DNA of 64,000 nucleotides from a virus: IMG/VR virus record IMGVR_UViG_3300044712_000732, positions 381,776 to 445,775 of that record; one strand, 5' to 3'. Shown piece by piece: positions 37,348 to 45,834 of this stretch (position 1 is its first letter; each line of letters starts with the position of its first letter). The notes under the pieces were generated by a model. It saw only the letters and a program-made list of their open reading frames with translations, ran no database searches and was not told where the DNA came from. The position numbers and the translations under genes were made by a program.

Positions 37348-37566
37348 TCCAGTAATAAAATTATCAAAAAGAACACCCGCAACCGCATCAGTGGTAATTT
37401 TATTTAAATGTTCATCTGACATATGTTTACCACTTGATGAACAACAACCATTGGGTTGCCAATATCCAAAAATCCACCAAGTTTTTTTCCAAACGAAAAC
37501 TATTAAATTGTTTCCATATTCAGATTCATCATAAACTATTTTTGATCGAACTAATGTTTTTTTCAT
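37336..37566 (-). CDS. hypothetical protein
   Basis: 76-aa ORF. Confidence 0.4.
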   Translation of the reverse strand: MKKTLVRSKIVYDESEYGNNLIVFVWKKTWWIFGYWQPNGCCSSSGKHMSDEHLNKITTDAVAGVLFDNFITGRKK

Positions 37567-37569
37567 ATT

Positions 37570-37920
37570 TTATTTTTCTTCTTTTGGTTTATTTTCTTTA
37601 AAAATCACAAAATTTTTATCATTTACACTACCAATCACAACTGATTTTCCTTTTATGATAATAGTATCATTAAGTTTTGGTGGCATCTTACCTGAAACAA
37701 CAACAAAAATTTCACCTGATTCATCTTTAATTATGTACCCAGATTGCATCAACAATGAAGCTGATTTTACAACCATTCCCTTAATCTTAATTTCTTTATC
37801 AGAATATTTATCAGGATTTTCAATAATATTTTTAATAGATGTTACACCATCAAAAATACCATCATTTGAATAAATATTCAATGTTATAAACATCAAAATA
37901 ATCATAATTACATTTTTCAT
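37570..37920 (-). CDS. secreted OB-fold (BOF/YgiW-like) protein
   Basis: Signal peptide, then ..IKIKGMVVK...GEIFVVVSGKMP...IIIKGKSVV.. OB-fold-like pattern. Confidence 0.45.
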   Translation of the reverse strand: MKNVIMIILMFITLNIYSNDGIFDGVTSIKNIIENPDKYSDKEIKIKGMVVKSASLLMQSGYIIKDESGEIFVVVSGKMPPKLNDTIIIKGKSVVIGSVNDKNFVIFKENKPKEEK

Positions 37921-37976
37921 AGTAGTTGTTTTAAATTATTGTACAAATATAATGAAAAATTATTAAAAATCCTAGA

Positions 37977-38654
37977 TTAAAATAACAATTCAATACTACC
38001 TTTTAAAATATCTTTCCATCGACATGTTTTACCTGTAATATGATCAATTACAATATCGTCCCTAAGTCTATATGTTCTTCTTTTTGTCCCCCGACTACCA
38101 TCACCAATTTGATCATTTCTATAACTTTTAATTTTTTCATAGGATTTTTGATCTTCTATAACTTTTAATTTTTCTGTTAATCTTTCCCAAGCTAAAATTT
38201 CATTTTTATATTGATCCCTGGTATCTTGAACTTTAACTTGAAGTCCTGTTGGAATATGTGTCAATTGAACACACGATGCAACTTTATTCACATTTTGTCC
38301 ACCTGCACCCGAACTTCTAATATATTTTTTTGTAACGGCACTACGATCCAATATAAACTCTGATTCTTTTTCGGAATTCATTATAGCAACTGTTACGATG
38401 CTTGTTTGTACTCTATTGTATTTTTCTGTTGGTGGAACTCTAACGAAGCAATGCGATCCACTTTCGTTTCCGAAGAATTTGGAAACATTATGACCCGTAA
38501 TTCAAATATTGGTAATACTATCCTTTTCTTCAACTTTATAAGTGAAGTTATTATTGCGACAACTTTTTAAATAAATATTAGTTAAATCTTTAACTAAAAG
38601 CTTAGAATCGTTGCCACCTTCTGAAGCTCGAATTTCGATTACAATTGTTTTCAT
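37977..38654 (-). CDS. class-I peptide chain release factor, RF1-type (PxT), lacking N-terminal domain 1; reading frame interrupted by one in-frame TGA at 38504..38502 (codon 51)
   Basis: VIEIRASEGG..FESG-like NESGSHCFVRVPPTEKYNRVQTS (RF1 '[14 protein letters not shown]'), SGAGGQNVNK (GGQ), and RTYRLRDDIVIDHITG are colinear with RF1 domains 2-4. The TGA is in frame with both halves. Confidence 0.6.
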
Positions 38655-38684
38655 TTTATTGTTTTTGTTATTATATATTAATTT

Positions 38685-39191
38685 TTATTGATTGGATTTA
38701 ATATATTTTCCCAATTCTTCATATAATTTTTCTAATTCTTTTTTCACATAAATAACTGATATTATATATGAACAAAAATTAATAATTTCTTTTTCATCCA
38801 TCATATCAGTTATTAATATTTGAACTGTTTGAAGATTATTTAAAATATTTTGATTTTCACGAATATTATTTAATAATTCGCTTTTAATTTTATTATCTTC
38901 TTGTATATTATCATCTATTTTTTTACAAAAATCATAATTTGCATTATAAAAAATTGTTCCAATTTTTCGATATTTCAAAATTAACTTTCTATTAATAAAC
39001 CATTGTTTACTTAAAAAATTAGCTTTTCTATCTTTATATCGAAGCATTAATCTTATTAATGCAGACATATAATATCGTAATAAATATTCAAAATCATCAT
39101 AACTTAATGATGATATATAATTTATAAACCCACGTTTATATTTGTAATTAGAAATATTTTTTAAAATGACATTTAACCGATGAATTTTCAC
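38685..39191 (-). CDS. hypothetical protein
   Basis: 168-aa ORF. Confidence 0.45.
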   Translation of the reverse strand: MKIHRLNVILKNISNYKYKRGFINYISSLSYDDFEYLLRYYMSALIRLMLRYKDRKANFLSKQWFINRKLILKYRKIGTIFYNANYDFCKKIDDNIQEDNKIKSELLNNIRENQNILNNLQTVQILITDMMDEKEIINFCSYIISVIYVKKELEKLYEELGKYIKSNQ

Positions 39192-39249
39192 ACAAACAAT
39201 TTATTTTTTAATGGTGGGGATACTAACCCCACCATTTATCAAATCACAT

Positions 39250-39852
39250 TTAAAATGCAACAACAGGTGCCTTTTCTGATCCTTCTTCAGCTTTGAAATA
39301 TGGATATTTATCAAAACTAAACATATTTGCAATAATGTTTGTTGGAAATTTACGCAAATACGTATTATAATCTTTTGCAGCATCATTAAAACGTTTACGT
39401 TCAACTGTAATTCGATTTTCAGTACCTTCGAGTTGTGCTTGCAAATCTCTAAAATTTTGATTTGCTTTCAAATCTGGATATGCTTCCATAACAACCATCA
39501 ATTTACTTAATGCACCACTTAAACCTTGCTGATTATTACTAAATTGTGCAAGTTGTTCAGATGTCATATTACTTGGATCAATTTTTGTTTGTGTTGCTTT
39601 AGCACGTGCTTCAATTACACCAATTAATGTTTGATTTTCATGATTTGCATAACCTTTCACAGTATTTACCAAATTTGGGATTAAATCCAATCTTCGTTGA
39701 TAGACATTTTCAACTTGAGCCCATTCAGTATTAACGGTTTCTTGTTTTGTTACTAGGGTATTATATTTTCCCGTTACCCACAAACTAATAGAAATCAATA
39801 CTACTACTGCAACTACTAATGATAATGTTAATGTAATTAAACTTTTTTTCAT
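39250..39852 (-). CDS. lemA: LemA-family membrane protein
   Basis: N-terminal TM segment, then NTEWAQVENVYQRRLDLIPNLVNTVKGYA (LemA signature). Confidence 0.7.
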   Translation of the reverse strand: MKKSLITLTLSLVVAVVVLISISLWVTGKYNTLVTKQETVNTEWAQVENVYQRRLDLIPNLVNTVKGYANHENQTLIGVIEARAKATQTKIDPSNMTSEQLAQFSNNQQGLSGALSKLMVVMEAYPDLKANQNFRDLQAQLEGTENRITVERKRFNDAAKDYNTYLRKFPTNIIANMFSFDKYPYFKAEEGSEKAPVVAF

Positions 39853-39906
39853 AATTTCTGTTTTTATTTATTATAATTGTTTTGTTTTTAATTGTTTATT
39901 TTATTA

Positions 39907-40608
39907 CTACCATCCACCACCGGCACCACCACCACCAAAACCACCACCACCAAAACCACCACCACTATCACTATCACCACCAAAGATTAATGAAATAACT
40001 AAAATTCCAAATGTATCTGGAAAAATAATACATAGCAATATAATGATCAATATTATGATTATAATAATTACTATTATATTTTTAGATTGCTTCTGATGTT
40101 TATCAAATAATATTTTATTATTATCGGTTGTGTATCCACCTTCTTTTTCAATTCTTGTTTTACATTCATTTAGAATAAATATTGTGCCATCATAATATTT
40201 ATCTTTCTTAAAATATTCTTCAGCCGACTTGTCTCCAATATTTTTTAACCATCCATCAGGTAGATAACCTTCTAATCCATAACCTGTTTGGATTCTCCAT
40301 TCTTTTTTATTTTTACAAATTACAATTAGTAATCCATTATCTGTACTATCTTTACCAATTCCCCACGATGTTGCAGTTTCTTGTGCAAAATCAAAAATAT
40401 CATCACCATATTCAGGCACAGTTAATATTGCAATTTCGACTGTTGTATTTTTTTCATAATCAAGTAAAAAGTTTGTTAATTCTTCTTTTTGTTCAGAACT
40501 AAATAAATTTTCATAATCCGAAACATAACCTTGTGGTTTTGGTATTTCAACACAAAAAGATACACAAGAAAATAATGATAATAGTAAAAATAAAAATAAT
40601 TTTTTCAT
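39907..40608 (-). CDS. TPM-domain protein (YgcG-like) with C-terminal TM and Gly-rich tail
   Basis: Signal peptide, TPM-like domain, TM segment, and ..GGDSDSGGGFGGGGFGGGGAGGGW. Confidence 0.6.
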   Translation of the reverse strand: MKKLFLFLLLSLFSCVSFCVEIPKPQGYVSDYENLFSSEQKEELTNFLLDYEKNTTVEIAILTVPEYGDDIFDFAQETATSWGIGKDSTDNGLLIVICKNKKEWRIQTGYGLEGYLPDGWLKNIGDKSAEEYFKKDKYYDGTIFILNECKTRIEKEGGYTTDNNKILFDKHQKQSKNIIVIIIIIILIIILLCIIFPDTFGILVISLIFGGDSDSGGGFGGGGFGGGGAGGGW

Positions 40609-40624
40609 AGTTGTTCATTTTATT

Positions 40625-42673
40625 TTATTTTAATTCGTTTTTAAATTTATCAATTTGTGATACCGTTGCACCAACTTTAATTGCTTTTTGTGCTTTAGAT
40701 GATGTTGAATCTTCTTCTTTGGTAATAAGATCTGTTGTAGTTTTACTAATCGAATCTTTTACTATACCACCACAACTTTCAATAAATGCTTTTAATTCAG
40801 CATCCCGAACACCAGTAAATACAAATTCTCTACCTGTCATATCAATTGATTTATAAACACAATTAACTAACGATATAGTTGGTTTTTTTACTTGATCTGA
40901 AATAGTTATCATATCAAGATCAGAAATAAATTCATCAAAAATAATCAAACCATCCAAAAACTGTTGAGCAGTTTTATCTGATACACCTTTGATTTCTAAT
41001 AATTTATTTTTAATAACTTCATACGAATGATTATGTTTTAGTAATTTTGCTAACATTTTAAAATTTGATGTTTTCAAATCTTCTTTCAAATATTCAAATG
41101 ATTGTGAATCTGCATCAATTTCCATAATACCATCATAAATCATTTTTATTTTTCTAGTTCCCAAATTTTCATAAACACCACTAGCATGAGATATATTTTC
41201 AAAATTTGTAGTTTTGATTTTATTTTCAATTTCTGTCATTACTTTTGTTGCTGATGTACCTGCCATACCATCAATAGCTTCAAATTCCGATTTAGACATT
41301 CTTAAAATTTTACCAACCGTGTCATATCCAGCATCAAAAATTCTACGAATTGTTTTTTCAGCAAATCCAGCAATTTCATATTTCGTAAAGAAAAATGATA
41401 CTTTCAAAAATTTCACTTCGTTACAATTGGGATTTTTGCACATTAAATCAACACCTGTTGCACTCCATTCTAATTTTGAATTACAACTAGGACAATGTTC
41501 AGGTAACTCTACGACACCAACCTTTGTTACACCTATAATTTTAGGGATAACACTACCTGAACGAATTACTGTTAAAATACAATCTTTACCAATTTGATTA
41601 TCTTTAATAAATTTTGCGTTATATCCCGTTGCCCTTTTAATAGTAACACCTTCAACATCAAATGGTTCAAGTAATGCAACAGGTGCAAGTTTGCCATTTT
41701 TTGATATATTCCATTCAATTCCTGTTGGATGTTCATTGGAATACCTTAATCCAGTATCATTTTTTTCTGCCCAATCAGGATTTTTATATGCTTTAGCATA
41801 TGCGGGATTATTATTTGTTTCACGACCCAATGATTTTCTGATGTCTTTATCTTCAATATCGAATACTAAACCATCACAATCATATTCAACACACCATTCA
41901 ACGAATAAGTCAGTTAGATCATTTACATCCAATTGATCAATCCTAAATTTTCTATATGGTACAGGTCGCAAATTGTTTGATATCCAATCAAGTTGTTCTG
42001 ATTTATTTTTTGTAAAATCTTCTTCAGCAAAACCATAACGAACATGATGAACATACTGTAAATCTTGTGATGGAGTATCGGAATTTTTTAATCCTGCCAT
42101 CATATTACGAGCATTTTTATATGGTGTACCATCTTCTTTACAAAAAGAATGTGTTGCCCAAGCTGATTTTGGAAAAAGTAATTCCCCTATTGTGTATATT
42201 TTATGCTTGGGTGCTTGATCATTCAAAATTTTATAATGTTTATCCATTTTTACACCCACAACACCGTTTCCACGTGTCCAAGCAAGTTGATCATATTCTT
42301 CTTTAAGAATTGAAATACCATCATATTTACATGTACATATTAGTACTGTTGATAATGGTAAATTGTGTAAATTTGCCCATTTAATTATTTCATTTATAGA
42401 TTTAAATTTATCTAATGAATACATTGGGAATTTCAATTTTTCCTTTCTTTCAGGATTAACACCAGCATCATCATCTTCATCTTCAATAACACCTGATTTG
42501 AATATATCGCTTTCTGGACAAACAAATTTGAATGTTGCAAGAAGTGTATCATATTCTTTGTCAGTGATTTTTGGTTCACCATCCCGATAAGCTTTATTAA
42601 GTATTTTAATTTCGGCTTCTACATCAGTATAATTACCATTGTTTAATTCTGAATAAATTTCTGTTAATGTCAT
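40625..42673 (-). CDS. ligA: NAD-dependent DNA ligase LigA
   Basis: Adenylation motif CKYDG. C4 zinc finger CPSCNSKLEW..CKNPNC. 682 aa with HhH/BRCT-like C-terminus. Confidence 0.85.
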   Translation of the reverse strand: MTLTEIYSELNNGNYTDVEAEIKILNKAYRDGEPKITDKEYDTLLATFKFVCPESDIFKSGVIEDEDDDAGVNPERKEKLKFPMYSLDKFKSINEIIKWANLHNLPLSTVLICTCKYDGISILKEEYDQLAWTRGNGVVGVKMDKHYKILNDQAPKHKIYTIGELLFPKSAWATHSFCKEDGTPYKNARNMMAGLKNSDTPSQDLQYVHHVRYGFAEEDFTKNKSEQLDWISNNLRPVPYRKFRIDQLDVNDLTDLFVEWCVEYDCDGLVFDIEDKDIRKSLGRETNNNPAYAKAYKNPDWAEKNDTGLRYSNEHPTGIEWNISKNGKLAPVALLEPFDVEGVTIKRATGYNAKFIKDNQIGKDCILTVIRSGSVIPKIIGVTKVGVVELPEHCPSCNSKLEWSATGVDLMCKNPNCNEVKFLKVSFFFTKYEIAGFAEKTIRRIFDAGYDTVGKILRMSKSEFEAIDGMAGTSATKVMTEIENKIKTTNFENISHASGVYENLGTRKIKMIYDGIMEIDADSQSFEYLKEDLKTSNFKMLAKLLKHNHSYEVIKNKLLEIKGVSDKTAQQFLDGLIIFDEFISDLDMITISDQVKKPTISLVNCVYKSIDMTGREFVFTGVRDAELKAFIESCGGIVKDSISKTTTDLITKEEDSTSSKAQKAIKVGATVSQIDKFKNELK

Positions 42674-42691
42674 ATTTTCATTTATTTTTTT

Positions 42692-42709
42692 GATGATACA
42701 AAGATACTA
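42692..42709 (-). promoter_or_regulatory. conserved upstream motif TAGTATCTTTGTATCATC (minus-strand sense) about 20 nt before the ligA ATG; second copy before the 53763..54479 gene
   Basis: Identical 17-mer at 54498..54514. Both are followed about 14 nt later by GAAAATATG. Confidence 0.4.
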
Positions 42710-42784
42710 AAAATTATATTAATATCATATTCTTTTTTAATAGAAATGATTAAAAAAGTTTGAAAAATATTTATATATAACAAT

Positions 42785-43375
42785 ATGATAACAACATTTA
42801 AAATATTTGAATCATTAAATAGTAATTTTTGGAAATGGTTTGGTAAATCTAAAACAGTAGATTCCCAAAATAATCCGATGATTTTTTATCATGGTACAAA
42901 CAGGGATTTTGATGAATTTAGAAATGATAGATTATTATTTTTTACAAATAATACCAATTATGCTACAATGTATACTGGTGGATCGGAAGTTAAAGGTGCT
43001 CATTATATATCACAAGATGAAAAAGATTTAGAAGAAAGGACAAAAGCAGGTCGATCAATAATTCCAGTTTATTTAAAAATTGAAAACCCATTTGATACTA
43101 GAAATTATAAAGATCGAAATATTTTCCTAAAAGAATATTATAGAAAATATGGAAATGGCACACCATTATGTAGTTCCGGTTTACCTGATTGGACAGATGC
43201 TGAAGATTTGAAAGAATTTTTTGATGAAAACGATTACGAATACGATGGATTATATGTGCAAGATTCACACGAAAATATAACTACTGTTGTATTTAATCCA
43301 AATCAAGTAAAATCAGCAATCGGTAACAATGGAAATTATTCATTATATTCCAATAATATCAATGAATCATTTTAA
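42785..43375 (+). CDS. PARP-like ADP-ribosyltransferase candidate (paralog of 9258..9977) with CTS-like N-terminus MITTFKIFE
   Basis: FYHGTNRDFDEF matches LYHGSNIEFDEF of the paralog, the HG[ST]N ART motif-1 region. Confidence 0.4.
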   Translation: MITTFKIFESLNSNFWKWFGKSKTVDSQNNPMIFYHGTNRDFDEFRNDRLLFFTNNTNYATMYTGGSEVKGAHYISQDEKDLEERTKAGRSIIPVYLKIENPFDTRNYKDRNIFLKEYYRKYGNGTPLCSSGLPDWTDAEDLKEFFDENDYEYDGLYVQDSHENITTVVFNPNQVKSAIGNNGNYSLYSNNINESF

Positions 43376-43576
43376 GACAAAAAAACTTTTATCCCCAACA
43401 TTTAAATTCCTATTATTAATGTTTGCTAACTTATCTAAAATTTCAAGTATTTCACCAACTATATAATTTGGCGTAAAAATTTTTAAAATCTTTACTTTAT
43501 ATATAGGTGTTTCGATTACATCACCTATTTTTTCATTATTTATAGTTTCAGTGATAAATTGATTATATTTTTTCAT
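43367..43576 (-). CDS. small protein MKKYNQFITETINNEK...
   Basis: 69-aa ORF. The start lies within the duplicated unit. Confidence 0.4.
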   Translation of the reverse strand: MKKYNQFITETINNEKIGDVIETPIYKVKILKIFTPNYIVGEILEILDKLANINNRNLNVGDKSFFVLK

Positions 43577-43610
43577 TATTTATAGTTTCAGTGATAAATT
43601 GATTATATTT
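43531..43610. repeat. perfect 40-bp tandem duplication (x2) spanning the start codon region of the 43367..43576 gene
   Basis: tttcattatttatagtttcagtgataaattgattatattt occurs twice. It creates a 17-codon upstream mini-ORF that shares 13 codons with the main ORF. Confidence 0.8.
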
Positions 43611-43612
43611 TT

Positions 43613-44467
43613 TCATATTTTTACTTGCACACCACCTTTTATATTTTTATCGCTAGTATCAAATACATAAAATATTTCTGGAAAATCTAATGATTTTTCC
43701 ATTCGCATAAATAATTCTTTAGCTGCATTTGAATAATTGACATCATCATCTGAAAAACTAACAGATACTGGCAATTTGGTTCTTTTTGCAAATGTTCTAA
43801 CCCAATTAGTGAATTTATTTATTGCATCTTGTTTACCTCGGTTTATTTCATTTCCTTGTGGTATATATTGAAATTCATCCATAAATGCTTTAGATTTTAT
43901 ACCAATATAATAACAAGAATTTAAATATTGACTAATCACATCAGTTGCTTGAACATTAAAAAATGCATTGAAATTTTGAATATTTTTTTTCATTTCTTCT
44001 TGTTCAGTAATAGATAAAACATTTTGTATAATATATTCAACTACTGATCGAATTGTTGATGGTTCGTGTCCTCGTGTTGTGATAATAGCAAACAATCTTC
44101 CTTCTTTTAAACACTTAAGAAAGACTTCCCAGGATGGACCAAAATTATTATTTTTTATAGCATAAATAGAATCTTCCATAAATGCATTTGTTCCTCTTGG
44201 TCCAGTATCACCAAATTCTATAAATGTGTATTTTTGATCAGCTTTCCATTCATTGTTATCCATATAATTATCTGGATATTTTTTTCGAATTTGAACAAAG
44301 TCGTATGATGTGATATTTTTATTTTTCCAAACACCATTTTCAAAATGTTGAAAATGTAATGGTGTGTTCATTATAAGTAAATTATCATCGTAGTCAAAAA
44401 TAAAATATTGAAGATTCTCAACATTAACATTTTCTAGATATTTTTTGTAAGTTTTTATTACAGTCAT
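43613..44467 (-). CDS. HAD-like phosphatase (putative)
   Basis: FIFDYDDNLL (DxDxx motif-I-like), AIITTRG (motif II), and VSFSDDD (motif IV). Confidence 0.45.
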   Translation of the reverse strand: MTVIKTYKKYLENVNVENLQYFIFDYDDNLLIMNTPLHFQHFENGVWKNKNITSYDFVQIRKKYPDNYMDNNEWKADQKYTFIEFGDTGPRGTNAFMEDSIYAIKNNNFGPSWEVFLKCLKEGRLFAIITTRGHEPSTIRSVVEYIIQNVLSITEQEEMKKNIQNFNAFFNVQATDVISQYLNSCYYIGIKSKAFMDEFQYIPQGNEINRGKQDAINKFTNWVRTFAKRTKLPVSVSFSDDDVNYSNAAKELFMRMEKSLDFPEIFYVFDTSDKNIKGGVQVKI

Positions 44468-44492
44468 TACTTATATATATATTTAAAATGTT

Positions 44493-44702
44493 TTACATTT
44501 CTTCAAAAAAACCTTCATCAATTCCTTGTTCTTCGTATTGTTTTATAATTTCAATAGCATTTCTAACCTTTTCAGCATCATCTTTTTCTAAAAATTTTTC
44601 AGGTTTACACCACCCACCACTAGAAATCATGTAAAAAAACTCTTCGGTTAAACCTATTGGTTTAGCATCTTTTTTAAATTTTAATTTATCCATATTAATC
44701 AC
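44493..44702 (-). CDS. small hypothetical protein
   Basis: 69-aa ORF. Confidence 0.4.
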   Translation of the reverse strand: MINMDKLKFKKDAKPIGLTEEFFYMISSGGWCKPEKFLEKDDAEKVRNAIEIIKQYEEQGIDEGFFEEM

Positions 44703-45129
44703 AAATTAATTTACCTTGTAAATGATCATATTCATGCTGAATAATAGTAGCTGTCATATCATTAAATTTACTTAATCTTAATGTCCAATTTTTATCATAA
44801 TATTTAATTTCTACAACTTCTCTTCGATCAACAGGAAATATCATATTTGGAAAACTTAGACAACCTTCTCTTGTTTGAAGTAATAATCCATCTAATCTTA
44901 TTTCAGGATTAATGTAAACTTCTTTAATACCATAAGCATCAATTATAAATAAATTTAAATTGTGTCCAACTTGTGGTGCAGCTAATCCAACACCACCAGT
45001 AAATTCTAAGGTTTGAAACATATCAATAATTAATTGTTGTAAAAACGGATTATCTTTTCTTACATCAATATTTTTCTTTCTCAATTTATTAGAATCGGGA
45101 TCACCATATTTAATTATATCTAAAATCAT
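44695..45129 (-). CDS. def: peptide deformylase
   Basis: GVGLAAPQVG, EGCLSFP, and HEYDHLQG motifs all present. Confidence 0.85.
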   Translation of the reverse strand: MILDIIKYGDPDSNKLRKKNIDVRKDNPFLQQLIIDMFQTLEFTGGVGLAAPQVGHNLNLFIIDAYGIKEVYINPEIRLDGLLLQTREGCLSFPNMIFPVDRREVVEIKYYDKNWTLRLSKFNDMTATIIQHEYDHLQGKLICD

Positions 45130-45341
45130 TATTTTTTAGACTGTTTATCTTTTTTTGCTTCTTGTTTTGCTTCTTGTTTTTCGATTTTTTCTTGTACTTT
45201 TTCAGATTTATAAAAATCTTTATAAACTTGTTTTGAACAATAATCCCAACCTTGATTAATTAAATTTCTGATTGTTAATACATCTTCAACTGTTATTTCG
45301 TGTACTTTTCGGAAATCATCACCTTTACGTAAAATTTTCAT
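45129..45341 (-). CDS. small basic protein
   Basis: 70 aa with K/E/Q-rich tail. Confidence 0.4.
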   Translation of the reverse strand: MKILRKGDDFRKVHEITVEDVLTIRNLINQGWDYCSKQVYKDFYKSEKVQEKIEKQEAKQEAKKDKQSKK

Positions 45342-45404
45342 ATTAGTTATTTTTTATTTTTATTAAATTTCATATTCTTTTTTATATAAAAAAAAAATAT
45401 TTGT

Positions 45405-45764
45405 TTAATAATTAATTGGGTTTGTAACATCATTTTCGTGACTCTCAATCAATCTAATGTCATTTATTAATATTGGTTCACTAATAAAAAAAGCACCTTT
45501 TGTTATTGGATCATCTTTAACATCATATGGTGATGCATTTACTTCCCATATATCAAATGGATCACCATTCCCAAACCCATAATTTCTAGTTTTTTGAATA
45601 TCATCATATAAATATGTTCCTTTAGGGTATTCATCTTCCCATGGACTAATACCCGAATGATTTAACCCGTTTTCTAAAATAGAATTTCTATTCAACCACA
45701 AACTAGCATGATACATGTTTTTATGATTTTTTTCAAATAATTTATAAGTATTCATATATTTCAT
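45405..45764 (-). CDS. minimal PARP-like ADP-ribosyltransferase candidate (119 aa)
   Basis: MYHASLWLNRNSILENGL parallels PARP LWHGSRTTNFAGILSQGL. Y-rich GTYLYDD and YGFGNG follow. Confidence 0.45.
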   Translation of the reverse strand: MKYMNTYKLFEKNHKNMYHASLWLNRNSILENGLNHSGISPWEDEYPKGTYLYDDIQKTRNYGFGNGDPFDIWEVNASPYDVKDDPITKGAFFISEPILINDIRLIESHENDVTNPINY

Positions 45765-45834
45765 AGTTTATATATTAATAAAAAAAATCTCCAATAAATA
45801 TTGAAGATTTTTTATTAATATTAAAAATTAAAAA

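Noticed and set aside
38382-38654. The RF1 N-terminal 50-codon piece as a separate small gene and 37977..38381 as an independent GGQ-only (ArfB-like) factor
   Set aside because: The 40 codons between the TGA and the next Met are clearly RF1 domain-2 sequence (NESGSHCFVRVPPTEKYNRVQTS with the PxT motif), in frame on both sides. The unit is one gene with an internal stop.
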